Shown here one piece after another: positions 46,566 through 56,239 of a stretch of 64,000 bases of DNA. This DNA is from Escherichia coli. Its GTDB lineage: Bacteria > Pseudomonadota > Gammaproteobacteria > Enterobacterales > Enterobacteriaceae. The notes beneath the pieces are model-generated. The model worked only from the letters and a program-made list of their open reading frames with translations. It ran no database searches and had not been told where the DNA came from. How positions within the stretch are numbered: position 1 is the stretch's first letter; each line of letters begins with the position of its first letter. Both the position numbers and the translations under genes were made by a program. Location of the stretch: the NCBI RefSeq assembly GCF_003019035.1, contig NZ_CP027447.1; one strand, 5' to 3'.

Positions 46566-47654
46566 ATGAACAACCGGGAGAAGGAGATCCTTGCAATATT
46601 AAGGCGTAACCCGCTGATTCAGCAGAACGAAATTGCGGATATGCTGCAAATCAGCCGTTCGCGTGTTGCAGCGCATATTATGGATTTAATGCGCAAAGGT
46701 CGGATTAAAGGCAAAGGTTACATTCTCACCGAGCAGGAATACTGCGTAGTGGTGGGGACAATCAATATGGATATTCGCGGGATGGCGGATATCCGTTACC
46801 CGCAAGCGGCTTCTCATCCCGGTACCATTCATTGCTCGGCAGGCGGCGTTGGACGCAATATCGCCCACAATCTGGCGCTGTTAGGCCGCGACGTCCATTT
46901 GCTTTCAGTGATTGGCGATGACTTTTATGGCGAAATGCTCCTGGAAGAAACGCGCCGCGCCGGCGTGAATGTCTCCGGCTGCGTTCGTTTACATGGTCAA
47001 AGCACATCGACGTATCTGGCAATTGCCAATCGAGACGATCAAACCGTGCTGGCGATTAACGATACCCATCTGCTGGATCAGTTGACACCGCAACTACTGA
47101 ACGGGTCGCGCGATTTACTTCGTCATGCGGGCGTGGTACTGGCTGATTGCAACCTGACAGCCGAGGCGCTGGAGTGGGTCTTTACCCTCGCTGATGAAAT
47201 CCCGGTGTTTGTCGATACCGTTTCAGAATTCAAAGCGGGCAAAATCAAACACTGGCTGGCGCATATTCACACTCTGAAACCCACTTTGCCGGAGCTGGAA
47301 ATTTTATGGGGCCAGCCGATAACCCGCGATGCTGATCGTAATGCCGCAGTGAATGCGTTGCATCAGCAAGGCGTTCAGCAACTGTTTGTTTATTTGCCCG
47401 ATGAGTCTGTTTATTGCAGCCAAAAGGATGGCGAACAATTTTTGCTGACTGCGCCAGCGCATACGACGGTAGACAGTTTTGGTGCTGACGATGGTTTTAT
47501 GGCGGGCCTGGTGTATAGCTTTCTGGAAGGAAGCAGTTTCCGTGATAGTGCCCGTTTTGCGATGGCCTGCGCGGCAATTTCACGCGCCAGCGGCAGCTTA
47601 AACAACCCTACCCTGTCTGCCGATAACGCGCTTTCATTAGTGCCGATGGTGTAA
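46566..47654 (+). CDS. yeiI: PfkB-family sugar kinase with N-terminal HTH, YeiI, 362 aa
   Basis: N-terminal winged-helix then ribokinase-like fold; parallels psuK. Confidence 0.88.
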   Translation: MNNREKEILAILRRNPLIQQNEIADMLQISRSRVAAHIMDLMRKGRIKGKGYILTEQEYCVVVGTINMDIRGMADIRYPQAASHPGTIHCSAGGVGRNIAHNLALLGRDVHLLSVIGDDFYGEMLLEETRRAGVNVSGCVRLHGQSTSTYLAIANRDDQTVLAINDTHLLDQLTPQLLNGSRDLLRHAGVVLADCNLTAEALEWVFTLADEIPVFVDTVSEFKAGKIKHWLAHIHTLKPTLPELEILWGQPITRDADRNAAVNALHQQGVQQLFVYLPDESVYCSQKDGEQFLLTAPAHTTVDSFGADDGFMAGLVYSFLEGSSFRDSARFAMACAAISRASGSLNNPTLSADNALSLVPMV

Positions 47655-47662
47655 CAATCTTG

Positions 47663-47696
47663 CCGGATTCGACGCTTGACCGCGTCTTATCCGGCT
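47663..47696. repeat. REP-like palindrome between convergent yeiI and nupX
   Basis: GCCGGATTCGACGCTTGACCGCGTCTTATCCGGC, REP-like. Confidence 0.45.
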
Positions 47697-47709
47697 CATA
47701 ACTCGCGCA

Positions 47710-48960
47710 CTACGCTAAGCCAATAAAGAACCCGGCAATGGTGGCACTCATCAGGTTAGAAAGTGTCGCCGCCGCCAGCGCGCGTAAACCAAGCTGGGCG
47801 ATTTCCGGCGCGCGGTGTGGCGCAACCGCAGAAAATGCCCCCACCACCACCCCGATAGAACCAAAGTTAGCGAAACCGCACAACGCGAAGGAAATAATCG
47901 CCACGGTTTTAGCATCCAGAGTGCCAGCTGTTTGCAGATAAGGTGAGAAATTGAGGTAAGCGACAAATTCATTAATCGCCAGTTTCTGTCCAATCAAACT
48001 CCCGGCAAGATTCGCATCACTCCAGTCAACCCCCATCACCCACGCCAGTGGAGCCAACAGGTAACCTAAAATGGACTCCAGCGAGGCATGTTCAAAACCA
48101 AACCAGCCGCCAACGCCGCCGATAATACCGTTAATCAACGCAATTATTGCAACAAATGCCATCACCACTGTCGCTACACCGGCGGCGATTTTCAGCCCGG
48201 TCATTGCCCCTGTCGCAGCGGCTTCAATAATGCTTTTTGGCGGTGTTTCGGTGAAAGAGAGGTTATTAAAGGAAACCTGCGAAGATTCCGTAGCCGGACT
48301 TAACAGGCGGGCAAACAAGATCCCACCAGGGATAGCCATTAACGATGCCGCCAGCAGATATTCCACAGGCACGCCCAGTGCGGCGTAACCAATCATTGTC
48401 GAACCAGCAATCGAGGCCATCCCGCTACAAATCGCTGTAAATAATTCATTGCGATTCAGACGATCGATAAAGGGTTTGACGATTGCCGGAATTTCGTTTT
48501 GCCCGAGGAAAATGGTAGTGACCGCGACGAACGACTCGATCTTGCTGATATTTAACGCTTTCTGGAAGATACCGCCGAGAATGCGAATTAAGATCCCCAT
48601 CACACCGATGTAGTAGAGAATACTCACCAGTGCTGTAACGAAGATAATTGCCGGTAATACCCTGAAACCAAAGATAAATCCTGCACCATCAAATAAGGTG
48701 TCCATTTTCGGTCCGACCAGAGAACCGAAGATAAATGCGCTACCTGCATCGCTGTACGCCATCACTTTATGCACGCCAAAAGCGACTTTTTCTGCGACCC
48801 AACGCCCTGGCGGTAACCAAAGCATAATGCCGCCAATCACGACCTGTAACACTAACGCCGCGCCAACGGTACGCAGGCTGATCTTCTTCTTGTTTACTGA
48901 CAGCAAAAACGCAATTGCCAGCAGTACCACCATTCCCAGAACACTTCTCATGACATCCAT
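47710..48960 (-). CDS. nupX: NupC-family (CNT) nucleoside transporter NupX, 416 aa
   Basis: CNT family; close paralogue of the psuT ORF in this window. Confidence 0.88.
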   Translation of the reverse strand: MDVMRSVLGMVVLLAIAFLLSVNKKKISLRTVGAALVLQVVIGGIMLWLPPGRWVAEKVAFGVHKVMAYSDAGSAFIFGSLVGPKMDTLFDGAGFIFGFRVLPAIIFVTALVSILYYIGVMGILIRILGGIFQKALNISKIESFVAVTTIFLGQNEIPAIVKPFIDRLNRNELFTAICSGMASIAGSTMIGYAALGVPVEYLLAASLMAIPGGILFARLLSPATESSQVSFNNLSFTETPPKSIIEAAATGAMTGLKIAAGVATVVMAFVAIIALINGIIGGVGGWFGFEHASLESILGYLLAPLAWVMGVDWSDANLAGSLIGQKLAINEFVAYLNFSPYLQTAGTLDAKTVAIISFALCGFANFGSIGVVVGAFSAVAPHRAPEIAQLGLRALAAATLSNLMSATIAGFFIGLA

Positions 48961-49059
48961 AGTTATTATCTCTTCATGTCATTTTGGGCGACGGCTTTCT
49001 GCCCATCAGAAATAGCCAGGCTTGCATCTTGCGATACCGGCCCGGCTTGATATCACCAC

Positions 49060-50001
49060 TTAGTGGGTTTTGATGTAGCCGCGCACGCACTCTTCGACTA
49101 ATCCCCAGAACCAGTCGGTATCAATAGTGATGCCGACTTTGGTATTGGCGGGCTTGCCAAGAACGCCCAGCTCGTCGCAGACGGTACGCCCGTAACAAGG
49201 GCCACTGTTGACGTCCACTTCGACGTACATCTCCTGGGTTTTAATGCCATCGGGGTTAATCAGATAACCGATACAGGTGGCGTCATGTACCGGGCCGCCA
49301 GCCAGACCGTAGTTTTCGAACTGCGTTTTGAGAGTGAAGTTCATGATGTCGCTGAACAGCTCTCCGGCGGGGCCGCCTGCTCTTTCCATCCGTGCAATCA
49401 CGTCCGGAGTGCAAACGGTCTGGTTGGTGAGATCGAGGCCCATCATCACTAATGGAACGCCGGAGGTGAACACCACGCGTGCGGCTTCCGGGTCAGCAAA
49501 AATGTTGAACTCGGCAGATGGGGTGAAGTTGCCAGTACCGTAAGCGCCGCCCATCAGTACAATTTCACGGATTTTTGGCAAGATTGCGGGTTGCATACGC
49601 ATTGCCACCGCGATATTTGAAAGCGGACCAACCGGCACCAGAGTGATATCGCCATCGCTTGCCATCAGGGTATCGATGATATATTTCACCGCATGGGTGT
49701 TTTCTGCCTGACGAGTCAGCGGTTCGAATACCGGACCATCCAGCCCGGTTTCACCGTGAATATTATCGGCAACGATTTGTTGACGCATAATGGGTTGCGG
49801 CATCCCCGCATAAACCGGAACATTAATCTCCAGTTTCTGGCAAACATTCAGGCCATTAATTAATGTTTTATCGAGGGTTTGATTCCCCGCCACAATAGTG
49901 ATACCTAATAAATCAATCGCCGGATGTTTCGCTGCCATCATCATTGCAATAGCATCATCATGACCCGGATCACAATCCAGAATAATTTTTCTCTTTTCCA
50001 T
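49060..50001 (-). CDS. rihB: Pyrimidine-specific ribonucleoside hydrolase RihB, 313 aa
   Basis: Nucleoside hydrolase DxDxxxDD N-terminal motif ([15 protein letters not shown]). Confidence 0.9.
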   Translation of the reverse strand: MEKRKIILDCDPGHDDAIAMMMAAKHPAIDLLGITIVAGNQTLDKTLINGLNVCQKLEINVPVYAGMPQPIMRQQIVADNIHGETGLDGPVFEPLTRQAENTHAVKYIIDTLMASDGDITLVPVGPLSNIAVAMRMQPAILPKIREIVLMGGAYGTGNFTPSAEFNIFADPEAARVVFTSGVPLVMMGLDLTNQTVCTPDVIARMERAGGPAGELFSDIMNFTLKTQFENYGLAGGPVHDATCIGYLINPDGIKTQEMYVEVDVNSGPCYGRTVCDELGVLGKPANTKVGITIDTDWFWGLVEECVRGYIKTH

Positions 50002-50169
50002 TGTTTATTTCCTCTGTTTCCAGTTGCGTTATTTTTTCTACAGCAAAGAAAATTCGACCGGGCCGATGATTGAATCTTAACAACAGCGTACGTATGCTAA
50101 ATATGAGAAATCTCATAGCGGATAAATATCGTGAAAGAAATCCACAATAATGATCTTAAGCAGCAATTG

Positions 50170-50829
50170 ATGAGTGAATCCGCGTTTAAGGATTGCTTTT
50201 CAACGGATGTTTCAGCCGATACGCGGCTGTTTCATTTTTTAGCGCGTGACTACATAGTGCAGGAAGGGCAACAGCCGTCCTGGCTGTTTTACCTGACGCG
50301 AGGCCGCGCCAGGCTTTACGCCACGCTTGCTAATGGTCGCGTGTCGCTGATCGATTTCTTTGCCGCCCCCTGTTTTATTGGTGAGATTGAGTTAATCGAT
50401 AAAGACCATGAACCGCGTGCGGTACAGGCTATTGAAGAGTGTTGGTGCCTTGCGCTCCCTATGAAACATTACCGCCCGCTGTTATTAAACGACACGCTAT
50501 TTTTACGAAAACTCTGCGTTACTTTAAGCCATAAAAATTATCGCAATATTGTTTCTTTAACTCAGAATCAATCATTTCCGTTAGTGAATCGCCTGGCAGC
50601 ATTTATATTACTCTCACAAGAAGGTGATCTTTATCACGAAAAGCATACGCAAGCGGCAGAGTATTTAGGCGTTTCTTATCGACATCTTTTATATGTTCTC
50701 GCGCAATTCATTCACGACGGTTTATTAATTAAAAGCAAGAAAGGATATCTAATTAAAAACAGAAAGCAGTTGTCAGGACTGGCGCTGGAGATGGACCCGG
50801 AGAATAAATTCTCCGGGATGATGCAGTAA
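50170..50829 (+). CDS. yeiL: CRP/FNR-family regulator YeiL, 219 aa
   Basis: cNMP-binding-like domain and C-terminal HTH; ORF-track start 50131 is a GTG, trimmed to ATG ([10 protein letters not shown]). Confidence 0.8.
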   Translation: MSESAFKDCFSTDVSADTRLFHFLARDYIVQEGQQPSWLFYLTRGRARLYATLANGRVSLIDFFAAPCFIGEIELIDKDHEPRAVQAIEECWCLALPMKHYRPLLLNDTLFLRKLCVTLSHKNYRNIVSLTQNQSFPLVNRLAAFILLSQEGDLYHEKHTQAAEYLGVSYRHLLYVLAQFIHDGLLIKSKKGYLIKNRKQLSGLALEMDPENKFSGMMQ

Positions 50830-50852
50830 AAAATAATCTGCAATAGCGCGAT

Positions 50853-50888
50853 TGCCGGATGCAACGCTTAATAAGGCGTACATCCGGC
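50853..50888. repeat. REP-like palindrome between convergent yeiL and psuT
   Basis: GCCGGATGCAACGCTTAATAAGGCGTACATCCGGC, REP-like. Confidence 0.45.
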
Positions 50889-50896
50889 AATGAAAC

Positions 50897-52147
50897 TCAA
50901 GCTAAACCAATAAAGAACCCGGCAATGGTCGCGCTCATCAGGTTGGAAAGCGTTGCTGCTGCCAGCGCCCGTAAACCAAGCTGAGCGATTTCCGGTGCGC
51001 GTTTTGGCGAAATAGCCGAAAATGCCCCAACGACAACACCGATAGAACCAAAGTTAGCAAAACCACAAAGCGCAAAGGAGATAATCGCAATGGTTTTCAC
51101 TTCCAGTGTACCACCCGTTTGCAGATACGGAGAGAAACTCAGGTAAGCGACAAATTCGTTTATCGCCAGTTTCTGCCCAATCAGGCTACCGGCAAGGTTA
51201 GCATCGCTCCAGTCTACTCCCATGATCCACGCCAGTGGCGCCAGCACATAGCCAAAAATACTTTCCAGAGAAGCATTGGCGAAACCAAACCAGCCGCCAA
51301 TTCCGCCGATAATGCCGTTGATCAGCGCAATAATTGCAACAAACGCCATTACCACCGTCGCTACACCAGCGGCGATTTTCAGCCCGGTCATTGCACCGCT
51401 CGCCGCCGCTTCGATAAAGCTTTTTGGCGGCGTTTCGCTGAACGACAGGTTTTCAAATGTCACCTGTGAAGGCTCGGTTGCTGGGCTAAGAATACGCGCA
51501 AACAAAATACCGCCGGGGATAGCCATCAGCGATGCCGCTAACAGGTAGTCAATCGGCACGCCCATTCCGGCATAACCAATCATCATCGAACCGGCAATGG
51601 ACGCCATCCCGCTACAAATTGCGGTAAACAACTCGTTGCGATTCATGCGATCGATAAACGGTTTTACGATCGCCGGGATCTCGTTTTGCCCGAGGAAAAT
51701 AGTAGTGACTGCAACAAAAGACTCGATTTTGCTGATGTTAAGGGCTTTCTGAAAAATGCTGCCAAGAATACGAATCAGCAGCCCCATCACGCCAATGTAG
51801 TACAGCAGACTGATGAGCGCAGTAACGAAGATAATCGCCGGAAGTACGCGAAAGGCGAAGATAAAACCCGCACCGTCAAACAAGACATCCATTTTCGGCC
51901 CAACCAGCGAACCAAAAATGAAGGCGCTACCGGCATCACTGTAAGACATCACTTTATGAACGCCTAATGCCGCCTGTTCTACTGCCCATTTTCCCGGTGG
52001 GAAGTAGAGCATGATGCCACCAATAGCAATTTGCAGCAGCAGCGCGGCTCCAACCGTGCGCAAACTGATGCTCTTTTTATTCACTGACAACAGAAATGCT
52101 ATTGCCAGTAACACCACCATCCCCACAACACTTCTCATTATATCCAT
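50897..52147 (-). CDS. psuT: NupC-family nucleoside (putative pseudouridine) transporter PsuT (YeiM), 416 aa
   Basis: CNT family, paralogue of nupX; operon with psuG and psuK. Confidence 0.88.
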   Translation of the reverse strand: MDIMRSVVGMVVLLAIAFLLSVNKKSISLRTVGAALLLQIAIGGIMLYFPPGKWAVEQAALGVHKVMSYSDAGSAFIFGSLVGPKMDVLFDGAGFIFAFRVLPAIIFVTALISLLYYIGVMGLLIRILGSIFQKALNISKIESFVAVTTIFLGQNEIPAIVKPFIDRMNRNELFTAICSGMASIAGSMMIGYAGMGVPIDYLLAASLMAIPGGILFARILSPATEPSQVTFENLSFSETPPKSFIEAAASGAMTGLKIAAGVATVVMAFVAIIALINGIIGGIGGWFGFANASLESIFGYVLAPLAWIMGVDWSDANLAGSLIGQKLAINEFVAYLSFSPYLQTGGTLEVKTIAIISFALCGFANFGSIGVVVGAFSAISPKRAPEIAQLGLRALAAATLSNLMSATIAGFFIGLA

Positions 52148-52240
52148 AATGATTTTCCCTTCATGCCAGTAAACCCGGCGTCAGCGCCAGGTTTTGGTAT
52201 GTATGATCAGTACGGGCGACGGCTTTCTGCCCGCCAGAAA

Positions 52241-53179
52241 TTAACCCGCGAGACGCTGGTATTCTTTGGCAATTTCGCTCGCCAGAATGGCGTTGTTGAA
52301 CACCAGTTGGATGTTGGATTTCAGGCTGTCACCGCCAGTCAGTTCAGCAACACGAGCCAGCAGGAACGGTGTGCTTTCTTTACCAATAACGCCCTGCTCT
52401 TCGGCTTCGGCGACGGCTTGATCTATGGCTGCATTGATAGATTCCTCCGGCATCGCAAACTGCTCCGGGATCGGATTCGCCACTACCAGGCCGCCGTTCA
52501 AACCGGTTTGCCATTTCACTGCCATTGCACGAGCGATTTCCGTGGCACTATCAAGGCGAATGCTGACGTCAAACGGGCTGGTACGGCAGAAAAACGCAGG
52601 CAGCGCTTTTGTCTGATAGCCAATTAACGGCACACCGAAGGTTTCTAAATATTCTGTTGTTAATCCTAAATCGAGAATAGATTTTGCACCGGCACAAACA
52701 ACGGTGACATTAGTATTTGCCAGTTCTTGCAAATCGGCAGAAATATCGAAGGTATGTTCCGCCCCGCGATGCACACCACCAATTCCCCCGGTGGCAAATA
52801 CTTTAATTCCGGCAAGCGCCGCAATAATCATCGTTGAAGCCACAGTGGTTGCGCCATTTTTTCCGGCGGCAACGACAAAAGGTAAATCGCGACGACTAAC
52901 TTTGGTCACGTTATGCCCTTCGCGACCCAGCAATTCAATTTCTTCTTTGCTTAAACCCACTTTCATCACGCCGCCAATAATGGCGATAGTGGCAGGTACA
53001 GCGCCCTGTTTACGAATAGTTCCTTCAACTTCAATTGCGGTCTGGGCATTTTGTGGGAACGGCATCCCGTGAGAAATAATGGTCGATTCCAGCGCCACAA
53101 CCGGTTTTTTGTTTTTTAAAGCGTCCTGCACTTCCGGGGAAATTTGTAATAATTCAGGGGAAATTTTTAATTCAGACAT
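52241..53179 (-). CDS. psuG: Pseudouridine-5'-phosphate glycosidase PsuG (YeiN), 312 aa
   Basis: Indigoidine synthase A-like family; overlaps psuK by 13 nt. Confidence 0.9.
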   Translation of the reverse strand: MSELKISPELLQISPEVQDALKNKKPVVALESTIISHGMPFPQNAQTAIEVEGTIRKQGAVPATIAIIGGVMKVGLSKEEIELLGREGHNVTKVSRRDLPFVVAAGKNGATTVASTMIIAALAGIKVFATGGIGGVHRGAEHTFDISADLQELANTNVTVVCAGAKSILDLGLTTEYLETFGVPLIGYQTKALPAFFCRTSPFDVSIRLDSATEIARAMAVKWQTGLNGGLVVANPIPEQFAMPEESINAAIDQAVAEAEEQGVIGKESTPFLLARVAELTGGDSLKSNIQLVFNNAILASEIAKEYQRLAG

Positions 53180-54108
53180 TCTGCGTTCTCCACTAACGAT
53201 ATAACGTTGGCAATCGATAAATCGGGGTTATTGGTGTATTCACAGGAGAGCGCCATTGACGAACATCCCTGTGCGAAACGAACAGATTCGGCAAACGGCA
53301 TTCCGTCTACCCAACACGAAGCAAGTCCCGCCATCATGGCATCACCCGCTCCGGTAACATTAATGACATTGGTTTTGATCGGCGCAGACCAGCCACTTTC
53401 ACCGCTGATATCGCTGTAATAAACGCCATCGCCGCCCATGCTCAATACCAGTCGGTTCAGGCCATGTTGATGGAACCAGGCAGCAACTTTTGCCACATCT
53501 TCACGCCCTGACAGCGCAATCCCACTCAGGGTTTCCGCTTCAAGGCGGTTTGGCTTGAGAGTGTGGATTTGATTTAGACGGTCGCGCACTTTGACACATT
53601 TCCACGCAGAAACCGGATCGACAAATACGGGTACGTTGGCGGCATTATCCAGAATCCATGCCAGTGCCTCTTCACTGATATTACAGTCCGCGACAATGAC
53701 CTTTGCCCTCTGAATAAATTCACGATGCTGTGCGAGATATTCAGCTGTAATAGCGTTGCTAATATTCATGTCATTTATAGCAACCAGCATTTCACCGGTA
53801 TTATCGAGTAATGATAAATAGCTCGACGTATTTTCTCCCGGCACAATCAGGCATTTATCGACATAAACACCAGATTGATTGGTTTGCGTTAGCAACGATT
53901 GACCATAAAAATCACTGCCTACTGCGCTCAGTAGCCAGGCTTTATTCCCCAGCAACGCCAGGTTTTGTGCAATATTGCGCCCTACTCCACCAGGCGTAAA
54001 CTTTATTTTACCTGGATTTGAATCCGCATAATTTAATGATTCATGTGAATATCCGGCGACATCAATATTCGCCGAACCTATAATTACGACATAATCCTTT
54101 TCGCGCAT
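53167..54108 (-). CDS. psuK: Pseudouridine kinase PsuK (YeiC), PfkB family, 313 aa
   Basis: Ribokinase-like fold with GAGD motif (VTGAGDAMMAG). Confidence 0.9.
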   Translation of the reverse strand: MREKDYVVIIGSANIDVAGYSHESLNYADSNPGKIKFTPGGVGRNIAQNLALLGNKAWLLSAVGSDFYGQSLLTQTNQSGVYVDKCLIVPGENTSSYLSLLDNTGEMLVAINDMNISNAITAEYLAQHREFIQRAKVIVADCNISEEALAWILDNAANVPVFVDPVSAWKCVKVRDRLNQIHTLKPNRLEAETLSGIALSGREDVAKVAAWFHQHGLNRLVLSMGGDGVYYSDISGESGWSAPIKTNVINVTGAGDAMMAGLASCWVDGMPFAESVRFAQGCSSMALSCEYTNNPDLSIANVISLVENAECLN

Positions 54109-54175
54109 AGCACGTCCTCTGGTAAAAAATTACCAACCCTGTCAATCCACAAGAATATAGATACTGCAAAGACGG

Positions 54176-54211
54176 TTTAAACATGTGTTCATATTTAAAC
54201 ATGTGCTCATA
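54176..54211. repeat. Perfectly abutting tandem direct repeat, 2 x 18 bp (TTTAAACATGTG[T/C]TCATA), in the psuK promoter region
   Basis: Seen in sequence about 68-103 bp upstream of the psuK start codon; each unit contains an ACATGT palindrome. Confidence 0.45.
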
Positions 54212-54344
54212 GTATGCATGTTTTACGTAAAGTAAATTACCGCCAGAGAGGCAAAATGGGCAGATTTGAGCAGGCTCACAAAACGCGATTAAATGCCTGA
54301 ATTATAAAAACGGGGAATTTGTGACGGGAGGCACAGAACAGGAA

Positions 54345-54378
54345 CAATAAAAAAGGGCAGAAAATAATCTGCCCTTGA
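54345..54378 (-). terminator. Rho-independent terminator downstream of fruA (end of fruBKA operon)
   Basis: Hairpin AAGGGCAG-8nt-CTGCCCTT followed on the minus strand by UUUUUUAUU. Confidence 0.6.
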
Positions 54379-54531
54379 GGAAATAACCTTAGTGTTTGAT
54401 GAACATTTCAGGTTTCTACTGAAAGATAAAACCATTTAAATTCATAAAATTACATTCACAAACTGGTCATTCCCTTTGCGCGCATCAAATGTTACAGGGC
54501 AGGAAATTTCTGCCCTGGAACACACCTTTTA

Positions 54532-56223
54532 TTACGCTGCTTTTGCTACTGCGTCCACTTCCGGACGTTTCAGGAAGGCATAGGCCAGACCCGCCACCAG
54601 CGTACCGGCAATAATGGCTACCAGGTAACCCAATACCGGCGTAATCGCGCCAGGGATCAGCAGAACAAACAGACCACCGTGCGGTGCCATCAGTTTCGCA
54701 CCAATCGCCATTGAGATTGCGCCAGTCAGCGCCCCACCCACGATACAGCACGGCAGCACACGCATCGGATCACGGGCAGCAAACGGAATTGCACCTTCCG
54801 AAATAAAGCACAGTCCCAGTACCAGAGCAGCTTTGCCCCCTTCCTGCTGCGCCTTGTCGAATTTGCGACGCGCTACCATTGTTGCCAGCCCCATTGCCAG
54901 CGGTGGCACCATACCTGCCGCCATAATCGCCGCCATCGGGCCATAGGTTTGAGTACTCAGCAGACCCACACCGAACGCGTACGCTGCTTTGTTTACCGGA
55001 CCGCCCATGTCAGTACACATCATGCCACCGAGGATCGCCCCCAGCAGAACCGCATTCGCAGTCCCCATGGTCTGCAGCCAGTGAGTCAACCCTTCGAGAA
55101 TGCCAGCAACCGGTTTACCGATCAGGTAGATCATCGCCAGACCGACCACCAGACTGGAAATTAGCGGAATGATCAGAATCGGTTTCAGCGCCTCCATACT
55201 CTGTGGCAGTTTCAATTGCGTACTGATTAACTTCGCAATGTAACCAGCCAGGAAGCCCGCAATAATACCGCCAATGAAGCCAGAACCGGTGCTGACCGCC
55301 AGCATACCGCCAATCAGACCCGGCGTGAGACCCGGACGATCGGCAATGGAAAAGGCAATATAACCTGCCAGTACCGGCACCATCAACGCAAAGGCTGAAC
55401 CACCACCAATCTGCATCAGCGCCGCAGCCAACGTACCCGGCTCTTTAAACGCTTCGATACCAAAAGCAAAAGAAAGCGCGATACACAGACCACCTGCAAC
55501 GACCATCGGCAGCATGTAAGAGACGCCCGTCAGCAAGTGACGGTAAGCGCCTGCACTCTCTTTCTTACCTTCAGTGGTCGCTGTTTGAGCTTTGCCCGCT
55601 GGTTCATACGGCGTTGCTTCAGCAACCGCTTTATCCAGTTCCTGCGCAGTTTTCTTCAGCGCCAGACCGGTAGAGGTGCGATACATCGGTTTACCAGCAA
55701 ATTTCGCCAGATCCACTTCGATATCTGCCGCCACAATCACCAGATCCGCTGCGGCGACTTCTTCAGGGGTGATTGCATTACCCGCGCCAACAGAACCACG
55801 GGTTTCAACTTTCACCCACCAGCCACGTTTTTTCGCTTCGGTTTCAATGGCTTCAGCCGCCATAAAGGTGTGTGCTACGCCAGTCGGGCAAGCAGTCACC
55901 GCAACTACGCGTTTCGGACCGCTGGCGGCAACCGGTGCTGTCGCAGCGACCGGCGCAGTGTAAGGTTTCGCATGGCCTTTGGCTTCACTCAGGAACAGCT
56001 CAGGGTGCGCAACTGCCCGGGAAATATCGCCCAGCCAGACATTTTTACCGTTCAGCGCGCTGTCATTCGGGATGGAATCACCGAGAACAATCGCCATTTC
56101 TGCGTCGTTCGGATTGTCGATGATTTCCAGTTTTGCTTTTCGCGCCGCCGCGCCCAGCAGGGTCTTCGCCATATAGGCGCGTGCCTGACCGAGATTAGCG
56201 TCAATAATCAGCAGCGTTTTCAT
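54532..56223 (-). CDS. fruA: PTS fructose-specific EIIB'BC component FruA, 563 aa
   Basis: Duplicated IIB domains and IIC membrane domain; operon fruBKA. Confidence 0.93.
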   Translation of the reverse strand: MKTLLIIDANLGQARAYMAKTLLGAAARKAKLEIIDNPNDAEMAIVLGDSIPNDSALNGKNVWLGDISRAVAHPELFLSEAKGHAKPYTAPVAATAPVAASGPKRVVAVTACPTGVAHTFMAAEAIETEAKKRGWWVKVETRGSVGAGNAITPEEVAAADLVIVAADIEVDLAKFAGKPMYRTSTGLALKKTAQELDKAVAEATPYEPAGKAQTATTEGKKESAGAYRHLLTGVSYMLPMVVAGGLCIALSFAFGIEAFKEPGTLAAALMQIGGGSAFALMVPVLAGYIAFSIADRPGLTPGLIGGMLAVSTGSGFIGGIIAGFLAGYIAKLISTQLKLPQSMEALKPILIIPLISSLVVGLAMIYLIGKPVAGILEGLTHWLQTMGTANAVLLGAILGGMMCTDMGGPVNKAAYAFGVGLLSTQTYGPMAAIMAAGMVPPLAMGLATMVARRKFDKAQQEGGKAALVLGLCFISEGAIPFAARDPMRVLPCCIVGGALTGAISMAIGAKLMAPHGGLFVLLIPGAITPVLGYLVAIIAGTLVAGLAYAFLKRPEVDAVAKAA

Positions 56224-56239
56224 TATGCCTCTCCTGCTG

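Noticed and set aside
47710-52147. Repeated roughly 1.25-kb similarity between 47710..48960 and 50897..52147 as a mobile element or IS copy pair
   Set aside because: The repeats are the paralogous transporter genes nupX and psuT (NupC family), not mobile DNA; no transposase or terminal repeats.
54176-54211. Tandem repeat considered as a CRISPR array
   Set aside because: Only two abutting units with no spacers, no leader and no cas genes anywhere in the window; not a CRISPR array.
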